A stretch of 64,000 bases of DNA from Octopus vulgaris (taxonomy: Eukaryota). The stretch is taken from positions 191,828,001-191,892,000 of the forward strand of contig OX597815.1 in assembly GCA_951406725.2 (NCBI GenBank), given 5' to 3'. Made by a program: the position numbers and the translations under genes. Below the pieces are notes generated by a model. The model saw only the letters and a list, made by a program, of their open reading frames with translations. It ran no database searches and was not told the DNA's origin. Below, piece by piece: positions 25,936 to 38,822 of this stretch (within the stretch, counting starts at the first letter, position 1; each line of letters opens with the position of its first letter).

Positions 25936-26426
25936 ACACCTGTACTGAGCCACTATAGGAGGCCAGGCAAGAGAAAGAAAGAGAGAGAGAAAGAGAGAGT
26001 TAAAGAGAAAAGAAAGGGGGAAAGTAAAAGAGAGACAGTGTGCGCGTGTGTGCGTGCATGTGTCTTTGTATGTGTGTGCACGTGTGTTTATGCTATACCA
26101 AAATATTTACAAATAAAAACAAAAATATAAAGAATCCTCCATATTCTGTAAAAGTGAAGTGAGCATTGGCAATCAATAACCCTCACCAAAAATGATTCTT
26201 CACCATCTTTTATTCTTTGATTGTAAGCATCCTCTTGGTAATACATTTTCCCTCTCATCACCAATTTTCATGTCTATACTGCTGCACTTAAACTCTGGTC
26301 CACATAACCAACATCTCTTGTTAAACAATAAAAGACACAGCTGACCACTAATCGGAGTTTTGGATGGTTTTTTAAAGGATAATTGTAAACGCATGTAGCT
26401 TAGTGGTTAGGGTGGTCGACTGGTTA

Positions 26427-27028
26427 AGGCGGCGAGCTGGCAGAAACGTTAGCACGCCGGGCAAAATGCTTAGCAGTATTTCGTCTGCCGCTACGTTCTG
26501 AATTCAAATTCCGCCGAGGTCGACTTTGCCTTTCATCCTTTCGGGGTCGATAAATTAAGTACCAGTTACGCACTGTGGTCGATATAATCGACTTAATCCA
26601 TTTGTCTGCCCTTGTTTATCCTCTCTGTGTTTAGCCCCTTGTGGGTAGTAAAGAAATAGGTATTTCGTCTGCCGCTACGTTCTGAGTTCAAATTCCGCTG
26701 AGGTCAACTTTGCCTTTCATCCTTTCGGGGTCGATTAAATAAGTACCAGTTACGCACTGGGGTCGATGTAATCGATTTAATCCGTTTGTCTGTCCTTGTT
26801 TGTCCTCTCTGTGTTTAGCCCCTTGTGGGTAGTAAAGAAATAGGTATTTCGTCTGCCGCTACGTTCTGAGTTCAAATTCCGCTGAGGTCAACTTTGCCTT
26901 TCATCCTTTCGGGGTCGATTAAATAAGTACCAGTTACGCACTGGGGTCGATATAAACGACTTAATCCATTTGTCTGTCCTTGTTTGTCCTCTCTGTGTTT
27001 AGCCCCTTGTGGGTAGTAAAGAAATAGG
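26427..27028 (+). mobile_element. Young SINE A, one head plus three ~185-bp body units
   Basis: Units restart at AAAGAAATAG|GTATTTCGTCTG; flanking direct repeat GGTTAGGGTGGTCGAC. Confidence 0.9.
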
Positions 27029-27193
27029 TTAGGGTGGTCGACATTTAATCATAAGGTTGTAAGTTCAATTACCGGTGGTGCATTGCATCCTTGAGCAAGA
27101 AACTTTATTACCTGTTGCTCCAGTCCACTCGGCTAGCAAAAATGAGTTGTACCTGTAATCCAAATGGCCAGCCTTGTCATATTCTGTACCACA

Positions 27194-27376
27194 CAGTGCC
27201 AGATTTACCATTGTGTGTAGGTGTTCTTAAGCACAGGGCCCAATTTCACCAGGGGCGGGGGCTTGTCTTCCTGTCCCAAAAAGTTTTTACGATGAATTTC
27301 CTGAGCATGTACGCCTGACTTTCCAAGTAAGGGGCCTTATAACTTAACTGGCACATTTCTCATAAATCCGGCACCG
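27194..27376. mobile_element. hAT-like MITE
   Basis: TIRs CAGTGCCAGATTTA / TAAATCCGGCACCG; degenerate 8-bp TSD. Confidence 0.65.
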
Positions 27377-28575
27377 CTGCCATGCTGAATTTCTCTGAGA
27401 ACTATCATAAGGGAACCTGCATCTGTGGAGTACTCAGCCACTTGCACATTATCTTCACCAACAGGCTGTTCTGTTGATTGAATCACTTGGAGCAGTCTCC
27501 ATCACAACCGACGAAGTGCCAGGCCAAAGATTAATTCTACATAAACATGATCAAATGCCGTGAAATTTGGTCATCCAAAACCTCTAATCTTACACAAGAC
27601 TCTTATAAAATAAATGTAGCATAGATTATATGTATATTTTCCATTTATTTTGTTTTGATCTTCTGTATATTCTAGTGATTCCATTTGGAATGGTAAACTA
27701 TAAAGACTGCTAAAGAATTAATTTTGCTGTGAGATATTGATTACCAATGTCTTCCGTATTGCTAAGCAATATCGTGGTTTTGTTTATATTTGTGAATATT
27801 TCAATACAGCGTCACACACGCTCACAAAAAGTTTGAATGGAAAACAGGCTTTAAATGATGATGATGAGAGAGAAAGAGAGAGGGTGAGAGAGAGAGAGGG
27901 TGAGAGAGAGAGAGAAAGAGAGAGGGTGAGAGAGAGATTGTCACATCTCATCAAATTTTTTTTTCTCTTCAGATGTAGTACATGTAGAATTATATTATCC
28001 AATGTGTGTCTTCTGTTTTCTTTGAAGAGAAAATGGTGTGGTTTGAGGGTGATCTTGCTGCTATTTCTAGCAAATAGACCACCTAAATTTGTGACCTCTT
28101 CATTGGCTTAACTTCTGCTAGAAATCTGGAGCGACTGATTACACTAAAATAATTTAATATTAAAAGATTAATTAAGAGCTTTAATCATTTTTGTATGTAC
28201 ATAACAATATTTTTGAATGAACAAGGAATAATTTTGACTGACAGCTCGAAGCTAACCATTTAGCTTTCAAATTACTCTTTAATATACTTGGTAGTTTAAC
28301 ATGGTTGTAAAACGAAATATTGTGACCCTACCAGCAATTAATATGTACATACCAGTTGCCAGGAATGTCTTTAATATGTAAGATTGGTATATCTAATAGT
28401 GTTATCCAACTAAACTTACACTTTAAAGCAATGTATTTGTGGATGGTTTCTGATGAAATAGCAATAACTCTTGAAATATGTATATACACCAATTATCTAT
28501 TTTTTGATCTTCGATTGCATTGTTGTATATGAAGCATCATAACTTTCAGTTTTGGCTCTAATTTCTACAGAAAAT

Positions 28576-28871
28576 CTGTACAGATGCACTTGAAAAAAGA
28601 AAATCAAATTATTCAGGCATATGGCATAGTGGTTAAGAGCACAGTCTACTAACCCCAAAATTCTGAGTTCGATTCCAAGCAGTGACCTGAATAATAATAA
28701 TAACAACAACAACATCTAAAAATACCTTAGGAATGAGAACCCAGGTTCGAAATTTCCTCAAGACACCTGACGAAGGCTGGTGGGTATATCAGCCAAAATG
28801 TTGATGAGGACAAATATCCGTCAAATGTAAAAACATGTAAATAATTCCTCATCTCTTAAATATAGAACTGT
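28576..28871 (+). mobile_element. tRNA-headed, hammerhead-containing short retroelement (family E, retrozyme-like)
   Basis: A box TGGCATAGTGG 28622-32, B box GAGTTCGATTC 28665-75, then GACAC-CTGACGA-A-GGCTG..CAGCC-(A)AAA-TG-TT; relatives at 45262-45335 and 53922-54140. Confidence 0.75.
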
Positions 28872-29026
28872 CAAGTATAATGTTTGAGATTTTTAGAATT
28901 ACTTTTAGAATGACACTGTAGTATAAGTGTGAGAGGCCTGATCTGGTCAGCATAAACATAAAACCAGTTGAATATTTAGGTTGGATATGACTAATTCACA
29001 TGCTAAGGGGTTAAAATGTTAAATAT

Positions 29027-29439
29027 ATTTCTTTACTACCCACAAGGGGCTAAACACAGAGGGGACAAACAAGGACAGACAAACGGATTAAGTCGATTAC
29101 ATCGACCCCAGTGTGTAACTGGTACTTTATTTATCAACCCCGAAAGGATAAAAGGCAAAGTCGACCTCGGCAGAATTAGAACTCAGTATGTAACGACAGA
29201 CGAAATACCTATTTCTTTACTACCCACAAGGGGCTAAACACAGAGGGGACAAACAAGGACAGACAAAGAGATTAAGTCGATTACATCGACCCCAGTGTGG
29301 AACTGGTACTTTATTTATCGACTCCGAAAGGATGAAAGGCAAAGTCGACCTCGGCGGAATTTGAACTCGGAACGTAACGACAGACGAAATACCGCTAAGC
29401 ATTTCGCCCGGTGTGCTAACGTTTCTGCCAGCTTGCCGC
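29027..29439 (-). mobile_element. SINE A dimer
   Basis: Head plus two body units with the same junction as 26427. Confidence 0.9.
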
Positions 29440-29884
29440 TAAAATTCTAAATGTGATAATGTAAATGGTTAGATATGTGTGAAACTATAAAATTTGCAAA
29501 GGAGTGTCTTTGCCGTTGAATAGTTATGGATAGACAGACTGGGTTAGGGTGAGAGACAGAATGACTTCAAGTGGTCAATATATATTTTGCCTTGATGCTT
29601 CACATGGAATGATTACTTCTATTTCTGCTGCGTTTATTGTTGGCTTTAGCTTTGGTCTTGGCTGTAACATGTTGGCGATGGACAGTGAGAACAGGTTTCC
29701 CCCACAAGCACAAATGTTAATTTTATTGTGGTTATTAAATTATTTATTTAGTAATTCAATTTCATGTTATAAGTTATTGAAGATGTTTGAGTTGTGTTTT
29801 TCCCCCTCCAGCTTGTTGTTCAGTCAATAGACGCATCTTATTTAGAAGAGGTGTATCTAGAGCGTTAAATGCTCATAGTTACGC

Positions 29885-30088
29885 TTTCACTTGCTTCAGT
29901 CATTTGACTGTGGCCATGCTGGAGCACCGCCTTTAGTCGAGCAAATCGACTCCCAGGACTTATCCTCTGTATGCCTAGTACTTATTCTACCGGTCTCTTT
30001 TTGCCAAACTGCTAAGTTACAGGGACGTAAACACACCAGCATCGGTTGTCAAGCGATGTTGGGGGGACAAACACAGACACACAAACAT

Positions 30089-30149
<61 letters not shown>

Positions 30150-30710
30150 CATATATACAATGGACTTCTTTCAGTTTCCATCTACCAAATCCATTCACAA
30201 GGCTTTGGTCAGCCCGAGGCTATAATAGAAGACACTTGCCCAAGGCACCATGCAGGGGGAATGAACCCGGAACAATGTGGTTAGTTAGCAAGCTACTTAC
30301 AACACAGCCACTCCTGTGCCTATAGTTGGTTATCTTTTGTTTCAGTCATTAGATTGTGGCCATGCTGGGGCTTTAAAGAATTTCTTAGTGAAATGATTCA
30401 ACCCCAGAACTTATTTTTTTCAAAGCCTGGTACTAATTCTATCAGTCTCTCTTTTGCTGAACTGCTGAGTGATGGGAATGTAAACAAACCAGCAACAGTT
30501 GCAAGAAGTCGTGGGGGACAAGCACAGATACTCACACATGCACACATACATGGCAGGATTCTTTCAGTTTCCATCCACCAAATCTACTCACAAGGCTTTG
30601 GCTGGTCCAAGGCTATAATAAAAAACACTCACCCAAAGTGTCCTGCAGTAGGACTGAACCTGGAATCATGTGGTTGGGAAGCAAGCTTCTTACCACACAG
30701 CAATACCTGC
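29885..30710 (-). mobile_element. Two adjacent SINE B copies (29885-30322, 30333-30710)
   Basis: Similarity to 49926-50332. Confidence 0.85.
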
Positions 30711-31550
30711 ACTGATAGCAAATGGTTTCCATGGGTCATAACAATTTGTTTCTGAATAAATTTGTATGATAGTTTTTCTGGTTACAGTATATCTAAGACG
30801 GTTAGTTTAATTTAAGTTAGTTTCATTTATTTGTTAGTTTATTCTTTATAAGTGTTAATTTTCTTGATGGAATTGTTGATTAACATGGGTAATTATTGAT
30901 CTTGACATTTATCTAATTGAATTTGGTGTTACATTGTAATCAGGTCAAGGGTGGTTAAGTCTCTGATGTGGTCCAAGTGCAAACTATTAGATTTGTATAT
31001 TCCCAGGCAGCATTAGATTATATGTTTCCAAAGTTGTTTGACACTGATTGAAAAAGTGGTCCTGCCTAAATGTGTTGAAATCATGTTGATATCCATTAGA
31101 CAGCTGAGGAGGGAATTCCCCGTTTAAGTTTATTCTTTAGTTGGTTGTTCTTAAGGGTGGCATTAGGAAGTGCATCCAGCTGTAGAAAACTATGCCAAAT
31201 TAGACTGGAAGGCTGATGCAGCCTTCCAGCAAGCCAGCTCAGTCAAACTGTCCAACCCATGCCAGCATGGACAACAGATGTTAAATGATGATCATTATGA
31301 TGATGTGTGTGCATGTATGTGTATATGTATGTGTGTGTATGTATATATATACATACATACCATGGACAGGAAGCATTTCTACCACTTCTACACACCACCT
31401 TCCTTGGATAATGGAACATCTTTATGCATTTTTATTTTTATTTCTACATTCATTCTCCTATTTCCCTATATACTCCTTATTTGCTTCCTTTTCCAAAATA
31501 ACTCCTCATATTGAGCTCTAATATTTCCCTCTATTTAACCATCTCACATT

Positions 31551-31598
31551 GTCTCTGATGAGGGGATATCCCTAATATCCCAGAAACAGCTGTAAGAC
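31551..31598 (+). ncRNA. Minimal type I hammerhead ribozyme with intact core
   Basis: GTCT-CTGATGA-G-GGGATA-loop-TATCCC-A-GAAA-CAGCTG-TA-AGAC; stem III palindrome ACAGCTGT. Confidence 0.8.
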
Positions 31599-32047
31599 TA
31601 ACTTTCTCTTTATAAATGTCTTGAAAATTAATTCCACACAGCCTTTGCTTTGTTGTCTCATTTTATTTAACATATACATGCTCATACAAGACCCGCATTA
31701 GACTCCTCACTCGTATCATTATCGGACCAAGAGTTTAACTATGTTTCTTCCATATCACTTATATGATGTTACCTGCCACCTTGGGTCTTCTGGATACCAA
31801 TACCTCTCATATGTATATGAGTGTAACTGCCCGAAACAGTAAGGACTTCTGGTATACTTGACTGATGAAAGAAGGTCACGAATGACCCGTCTTTTTTTCT
31901 CTGTCCTTCTAATTGTTGTTTCTCCTGTCTCTCTCCGTATCATCTATCTGTCTGAATGCTTTATTGTCCTCTATTACATTTTTGTTCCATTTTTTACATT
32001 TATATATATACATATATATGTATATATATATGTATATATATATATCA

Positions 32048-32240
32048 GTCGCCATGATAGATCGTTAGCCACTACACACATTTTTTTCCCTCCTTGTTTT
32101 TTTCTTTGTCCCTTTCTGAAGAAGAGCGTAGGCTCAAAATGTAAAAGACTTTTTCTATTCCTGAGCGTTATACTAATACATCTGTTTGTTTTGTACACCA
32201 CCTGTCTTCGTCTTTTGTTTTTTTCGTAAACTCTCCCTAT
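32048..32240 (+). mobile_element. Short (TA)n-embedded element with hammerhead motif (32112-32147)
   Basis: CTTT-CTGAAGA-A-GAGC-GTAG-GCTC-(A)AAA-TG-TA-AAAG; both deviations are CpG-type. Confidence 0.7.
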
Positions 32241-33004
32241 ATATATATATATATGTATGTGTGTGTATATGTAGGTTTTCTTTCATAATCTTAGAGTTCT
32301 GTGTTTATCATAACCAAGCGAACATTTGATCAGTAGCAGTTTTTCAGTTTAATATCAAAAACCATAAAACAAAATACTTATAGGAAATGCTTTAATAATT
32401 TTCTTGAAAATTTCGAAAATTGACAAAAAATAAAAAAAATAAAAATGAACAAAAACTAATCAAAAACAATAAATACTACAAAAATAAAAACAAAATAAAG
32501 AAATATGATTGCCAAACAAAAAATAATAATAATAATAATAAACTCCCACAAGACATTTTTTCTTGTTGTTTGATTAAGTTTGACAGTGAACCATTTTGGT
32601 TTGTGAATTCTTCATTGATGTACGGCATGAGGAAAGCCATGGCAATTAAAAGACGCTGTTTATTGCCTTTTCCCTTTGTCTCAGTTATCTTAATAGTAGA
32701 GAAACGAACATTCTGTTTAATTAAACATTGGATTTAGTCATGCGACGATGGTGATGGCGGTGATGCCGACGATGGTGACAACGGCTATGATGACAATGAC
32801 AACGACGAAGATGGTGACAATGATGATGGTGATGGTGATGTGGTGGTGGTGGTGATGGCAGGAGAGCTATGCCGGCACTTGAAGAAGGATAAAAGAAGAA
32901 GCTACTGTTTAAATTATAATCAAAACGTCTTGGCTTTCTTCCCCACCTTCACCATCGATAACACACCCAGTCACCACTCTCTCTCTGTTTCTGTCTGTCT
33001 ATCT

Positions 33005-33036
33005 TGTTTATATATATATATATATATTTGTACATG

Positions 33037-33084
<48 letters not shown>

Positions 33085-33528
33085 CATATACACACACATG
33101 TATATATATGTGTGTGTGTGTGTTAATATATTAATGTATTCAGACACACACACACACACACACATATATATGTGTATATTATATATGTACATTTATATAT
33201 GTATATTTATATATATGTATATATATATGTACATTTATATATATATGTATATTTATATATATTTATGTATATTTATATAATATATATATATATATATATG
33301 GATATATGTACATTTATATATATACATATATATTATTTATATAAGTATATATATATATATATATAAATTATGAATATATATATATATATATATATATAAA
33401 AACATATCTGCTAATATGTTTGTACATATATATGTATATATGTGCATGTATATATCTCTATATATATATGTATAAATAAATATATACACATGTGTATATA
33501 CAGCCACATATATGTGTATGCGTGTTTC

Positions 33529-33588
<60 letters not shown>

Positions 33589-33610
33589 GGTGTGTGTGTG
33601 TGTGTGCACA
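33005..33610. repeat. (TA)n-rich compound microsatellite
   Basis: Low-complexity tract. Confidence 0.95.
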
Positions 33611-34137
33611 TATATTTAATGGTTAAATGACAGTGTCAATTATGCTGAAAGTGAGTTACAACAATGCATACCCATAATCTTTGATGATGGATAGAATTAC
33701 TTTGCGTTATGACAAGCAATGGTTGATTTGATTCAATTGAGAATGCTATTAGCCATATTTAAAGAGAAACATTTGATTCATTTGTTTTCTGCAATATTTT
33801 GGTTAATATACCTTGAATAACTGGCAGTTAAAAAGAAAAAAAAACAAAAAAACACATACATGAATATAAAACGGTAAACAAACAAATATCATATGTATTA
33901 TTATTATTATTCATGTTGGAATTTTTTTTTTTTTGATTATTGGAACAAATACCTGTTTTTTTAAATAATTTTTTTCAAATTTAATTTAATTTCTTTGGGT
34001 AAATTCTAGCATAAATGTAATGATGATTCAACAAATTTTTCAAATTGTTCAAAGCCTTTCAAAAAAAAAAAAAGAAATTGCTGTATGTCTTTAAATTTAT
34101 GCATATGTATATATGTATATATATATGTATGTATGTA

Positions 34138-34220
<83 letters not shown>

Positions 34221-34933
34221 TTATACACATAGCTGGTGTTTTACATTAAGCAGAGCAATCAATTATAAAATGAAATTTAGTTTCTATATATTTTATATCA
34301 TCATCATCATCATTATCCTCATCATCATCATCATAGTCATTCGTTTATCACCGTCATAATCATCATCATCATCATCATTCATTTGTTGCTGTCATCTTCA
34401 TCATCATCATCATCCGCATCATCATCATCATCATCTTGTATGCTTCCCCCCCCCACATTCTGGTACGTGTTACATGAGGTTTCACGAGTCAATATTCTCC
34501 GATCAGATACCTTTCCTGATGCGTGCACTTGATTTTTTTTTCTGTAAGATTAAATTAATGCTTCAGCCCTTAGATGCTACATCACTGACCCAAAAAACAT
34601 ATTGCTTACGTGGCACACAAACGAACCTTGCCGATGCCCAAGCCACGTCGATGTGAGGACAGGCAGAGACAAACTCACACCCAATACACATGCATACAGA
34701 TACACACATACGGTGGGCTTCTGTGCATTCCTGCTTACCAAATTTCATTCACAAGGTATTAGTCAATGTGAAGCCATATCTTTCGTCCTTTACTTGTCCT
34801 AGTTGTTAGACTGTGGCCATTCTGGGGCACAACCTTGAAGAATTTTTTGTCAAATGAGTCATCCCTAGTACTTATGAGTTTCTTCTAAGCCCGGTACTTC
34901 TCTCTCTCTCTCTCATATACATACATACATACA

Positions 34934-35132
34934 TGTAACCGTGTGTGTACCATTGGCGATTTTTTTCCTCGGTCTTCCTTCTCTGGATCTTTCCTTCTCC
35001 TATGTTTCCGACGAAGAGCTCCGCTCGAAATGTTAAACCCTCCTTCTTTCCTTCTTTCCTGAGCATCCAATAATACTATATTTGTTGCACGTCCTCGCGT
35101 TGTTGTGTTTTTTTGTGCTTTCATGTTTGGAT

Positions 35133-35140
<8 letters not shown>
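34934..35140 (+). mobile_element. ~200 bp (TA)n-embedded element family F with hammerhead variant (35004-35038)
   Basis: GTTT-CCGACGA-A-GAGC-TCC-GCTC-GAAA-TG-TT-AAAC; copies at 35732 and 61100. Confidence 0.75.
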
Positions 35141-35188
<48 letters not shown>

Positions 35189-35263
35189 TATATATAGTCC
35201 CACCCATGCCAGCATGGAAGGAGGACGTTAAACAATGATGATGGTGATAATGATATACATATT

Positions 35264-35300
<37 letters not shown>

Positions 35301-35664
35301 ACACACATTCTTATAGTTGTTTCAGTCATTTGACTGTGGCCATGCTGGTGCACTGCCTTTAGTCAAACAAATCAACCCCTGGACTTATTCTTTGTAAGCC
35401 TGGTACTTATTCTAAGCTACAAGGATTTAAACACCAACATCAGTTGTCGAGTGATGGTGCGAGGACAAAAGACACACACACATAAATATATACATATCTA
35501 TATATTTGATAGGCTTCTTTTCAGTTTCCGTCTACCAAATCTACTCATAAGGCTTTGGTTGGTCTGAGGCTATATTAGAAGACGCTTCTACTGTAGTAGT
35601 GGGACTGAACCTGAAACCATGTGGTTGGGAAGCAATCTTCTTACCACATAGTCATGCCTATACT

Positions 35665-35731
<67 letters not shown>

Positions 35732-35736
<5 letters not shown>

Positions 35737-35940
35737 ACCTCATGTGTACCGTTGGCGATTTTTTTTTTTCTCCTCTGTCTTCCCTTCTCTGGATCTTTCC
35801 TTCTCCTATGTTTCCAACGAAGAGCTCCGCTCAAAACGTTAAACTCTCCTTCTTTCCTTCTTTCCTGAGCGTCCAATAATACTATATTTGTTCCACATCC
35901 TTGCATTGTTGTGTTTTTTTGTGCTTTCTTGTTTGGATTA

Positions 35941-35945
<5 letters not shown>
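35732..35945 (+). mobile_element. Family F copy (hammerhead motif 35810-35844)
   Basis: Near-identical to 34934-35140, (TA)n on both sides. Confidence 0.75.
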
Positions 35946-35986
<41 letters not shown>

Positions 35987-36289
35987 CACCTGTGCTGGCA
36001 CCACATAAAAAGCACCTAGTACAGTCTGTAAAGTGGTTGGCATTAAGAAGACCATCCAGCCATAAGAACCGTGCCAAAATAGATACTGGGGCCTGGTGCA
36101 GCCCTCCACCTTGCCAGCTCATGTCAAGCCATTCTGCTCATGCCAGCCTGGAAAACATATGTTAAATGATGATGATAATAATGATGATGATGATAATGAT
36201 ATCCACATTCAAGAAGGTATCTAAATTTAGGGGGTAATTCTAAATATATTCATGAAGTATTATCCAAATTCAAGAAGTAATTCAAGAAC

Positions 36290-36560
36290 AGTGAAGATTG
36301 AATGATGGAATCATAGAATATTGAAAACAGAAATTTTCCTGGGTTGGGCATGTTGAAGGTTCACAGACGAAAGGGAAGTTGTATCGTCGTTAAGTGTTAT
36401 CCAAGAGATTGGAAGAGACCACTCAGAAGACAGCCATGACAATGGGAAGACAATGTAATCAAAGAATTTGGACCCAAATGGAGGAAAGCGGTGCAATCAA
36501 ATGAAGAATAAAAGTGTGCTGTGATCAGCAATGAATAAGGAGATCTGATTGTCTGCTTCT
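36290..36560 (+). mobile_element. RTE-clade LINE 3' fragment
   Basis: Frameshifted KFSWVGHV..YPRDWKRPLRRQP*QWEDNV..WRKAVQ matches the RTE ORF C-terminus. Confidence 0.75.
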
Positions 36561-36756
36561 TAAAGAGATAAAGGGATTATAATATTTGGTTTGTTTGTCT
36601 GTTTTAGCTAAATAGAATTGAAGAATATTACGAATGAATATGGGTGTTTCATAAATTTCTGCAGCAAGTCTTGAACTGAATAGTCCAGCTTAGAATTTAT
36701 AAATTCTCTGGTTCTTTACAGCTTGCAAATTCAGTTATTTTACTAATGACCAAAAT

Positions 36757-37187
36757 AGAAAAATTCCGTGTTAATGTTTTTTCCTGTAAAGCTGCAAAAG
36801 TCTTTGATTACGTTACTTTGGAATATTCTATAAAAGGTGGGGAAACTTGCTGGCTGACTACTTTCAAATCAATGGTTCTGTGTCTAAAATGGTGAGAGGG
36901 AGAGAGAAAGGGAGAGAGAGAGAGGAAGAGAGAAAATGGTGGTGGTGGGAGATTTGGTGAAAATGGTATGAAATTAGAGTGAAGACGATGATTCTGGCTG
37001 TAAATGCAGCGCATTATGAATAAATGTATTTAATATAGCATGACAGCAGCTGGACTGAGTGATTTAAAAGTGAACGAATGGAGACTGAGTGACTAGTCTT
37101 GTTACGTTATGAGAGGCTGTGAAAGGGATTTATTAAAGGATGACCTGGAATGAATTCATTAGGTCTTAGACAGGGAGAGAAGACGGT
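36757..37187. repeat. Duplicated non-coding block, copy 1
   Basis: Near-identical to ~46912-47350. Confidence 0.9.
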
Positions 37188-37229
37188 GTGTGTGTGTGTG
37201 TGTGTGTGCAAGAGGATGTTATCAGTATT

Positions 37230-37657
37230 ACATGAGAAAGGCGGCGAGCTGGCAGAATCGTTAGCACGCCGGGCGAAATGCGTAGTCGTATTTCGTCTGC
37301 CGTTACGTTCTGAGTTCAAATTCTGCCGAGGTCGACTTTGCCTTTCATCCTTTCAGGGTCGATTAAATAAGTACCAGTTATGCACTGGGGTCGATGTAAT
37401 CGACTTAATCCATTTGTCTGTCCTTGTTTGTCCCCCTCTATGTTTAGCCCCTTGTGGGCAGTAAAGAAATAGGTATTTCGTCTGTCGTTACGTTCTGAGT
37501 TCAAATTCCGCCGAGGTCGACTTTGCCTTTCATCCTTTCAGGGTCGATACATTAAGTACCAGTTACGCACTGGGGTCGATGTAATCGACTTAATCCATTT
37601 GTCTGTCCTTGTTTGTCCCCCTCTATGTTTAGCCCCTTGTGGGCAGTAAAGAAATAG
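37230..37657 (+). mobile_element. SINE A dimer
   Basis: 15-bp TSD GTATTACATGAGAAA; empty site in the paralogous block near 47375. Confidence 0.92.
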
Positions 37658-37880
37658 GTATTACATGAGAAAACAGTGTCATTAGCATGAAAAGGATGTG
37701 AGGATTGCTTTGTATACAACAGAAAAGAAAACAAGCAAGGGAGAGAGAGAGAGAGAGAGAGAGAAAGGGAGAGAGAGAGAGAAAGAGAGAGAGGTACACT
37801 GCAGTCATTCATGTATTGATGATACTGTAATCGTTGTTTAGTTTCAGTTCGATTTTGATTAAAAAATCTATCATCTAAAG

Positions 37881-38194
37881 CAGGGGGTGTCTCCAAATTG
37901 GTCATTAGGACTTTCCAAGGGGTCAATAAGTGTGCATCTGCTTCACCCACTACACTCACAGAGTGGTTGGCGTTAGGAAGGGCATCCAGCCGTATAAACA
38001 TTGCCAGATCAGACTGGGCCTGGTGCAGCCTTCTGGCTTCCCAGACCCCAGTTGAACCGTCCAACCCATGCCAGCATGGAAAGCAGACGCTAAACGATGA
38101 TGATGATGATTAATTTTTTTTTTGTACATGCCTGATGGTGGGGGTCAAGGATTCTGTGAAAGTGTCCATGGTCTAAATAGCTCGGGGACCCCTG
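37881..38194. mobile_element. hAT-like MITE with nested family C fragment (37945-38110)
   Basis: CAGGGGGTGTCTCC...GGGGACCCCTG; TSD ATCTAAAG/ATCTGAAG. Confidence 0.75.
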
Positions 38195-38202
38195 ATCTGA
38201 AG

Positions 38203-38822
38203 CATAAATCCTCAACCATTTTTACATATGGACCCCTTTGATTTCTATTTCAACCTGGTGGGCCCCTACAGCTGTTTGACAGCTTAAAAATATCCTGTTA
38301 CATTTCTACAGTTAAATATTGTTAGGAATTGTATTCTTTTTCCTTTTACTTGTTTCAGTCATTTGTGGCCATGCTGGAGCACTGCCTTCAGTTGAGCAAA
38401 TCGAGCCCAGGACTTATTCTTTGTTAGCCTAGTACTTATTCTATCGGGGACAGAAAAACACCAGCATCAGTTGTCAAACGATGTTGGGGGGACAAACACA
38501 CAAACACGTGCGCACACACACACACACACATACACACACACACACATATGATGAGTTCCTTTCAGTTTCCGTGTACCAAATCCACTCACAAGGCTTTGGT
38601 GAAAGACACTTGCCCAAGGTGTCATGCAGTGGGACTGAATCTGGAACCATGTGGTTGGTAAGCAAGCTACTTACCATAAAACCATTCCTCCACCTATAAA
38701 AAAAATTGTGAAAATACTTCGTCTGTTGTAGAAGTACAATCAATTTATTGCTCATAAATTTTAACGACAAAAACTTATACAGACCCCCAAGGGGTCAGAT
38801 GATCCCCAGTTGAGAACCACTG
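38203..38822. mobile_element. hAT-like MITE with nested SINE B (38337-38696)
   Basis: CATAAATCCTCAACC...GTTGAGAACCACTG; TSD ATCTGAAG/ATCTAAAG; relatives near 48370-48545 and 58310-58650. Confidence 0.7.

Larger units (their letters stand above)
26390..27520 (+). mobile_element. Old tRNA-derived SINE hosting two nested insertions
   Basis: A box TAGCTTAGTGG; continues at 27044 with B box-like GTTCAATT and TCCTTGAGCAAG..GCTCCAGTCCACTC. Confidence 0.6.

Noticed and set aside
25268-25958. 222-aa and 164-aa S/L-rich ORFs
   Set aside because: They are translations of tetranucleotide repeats.
28445-28490. CTGATGA...GAAA motif
   Set aside because: Stems I and II pair poorly; a decayed hammerhead cannot be distinguished from chance.
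36807-36885. Minus-strand exon-like segment after a polypyrimidine tract in the duplicated block
   Set aside because: The paralogous copy has a 1-nt indel that breaks the frame, and the donor is weak.
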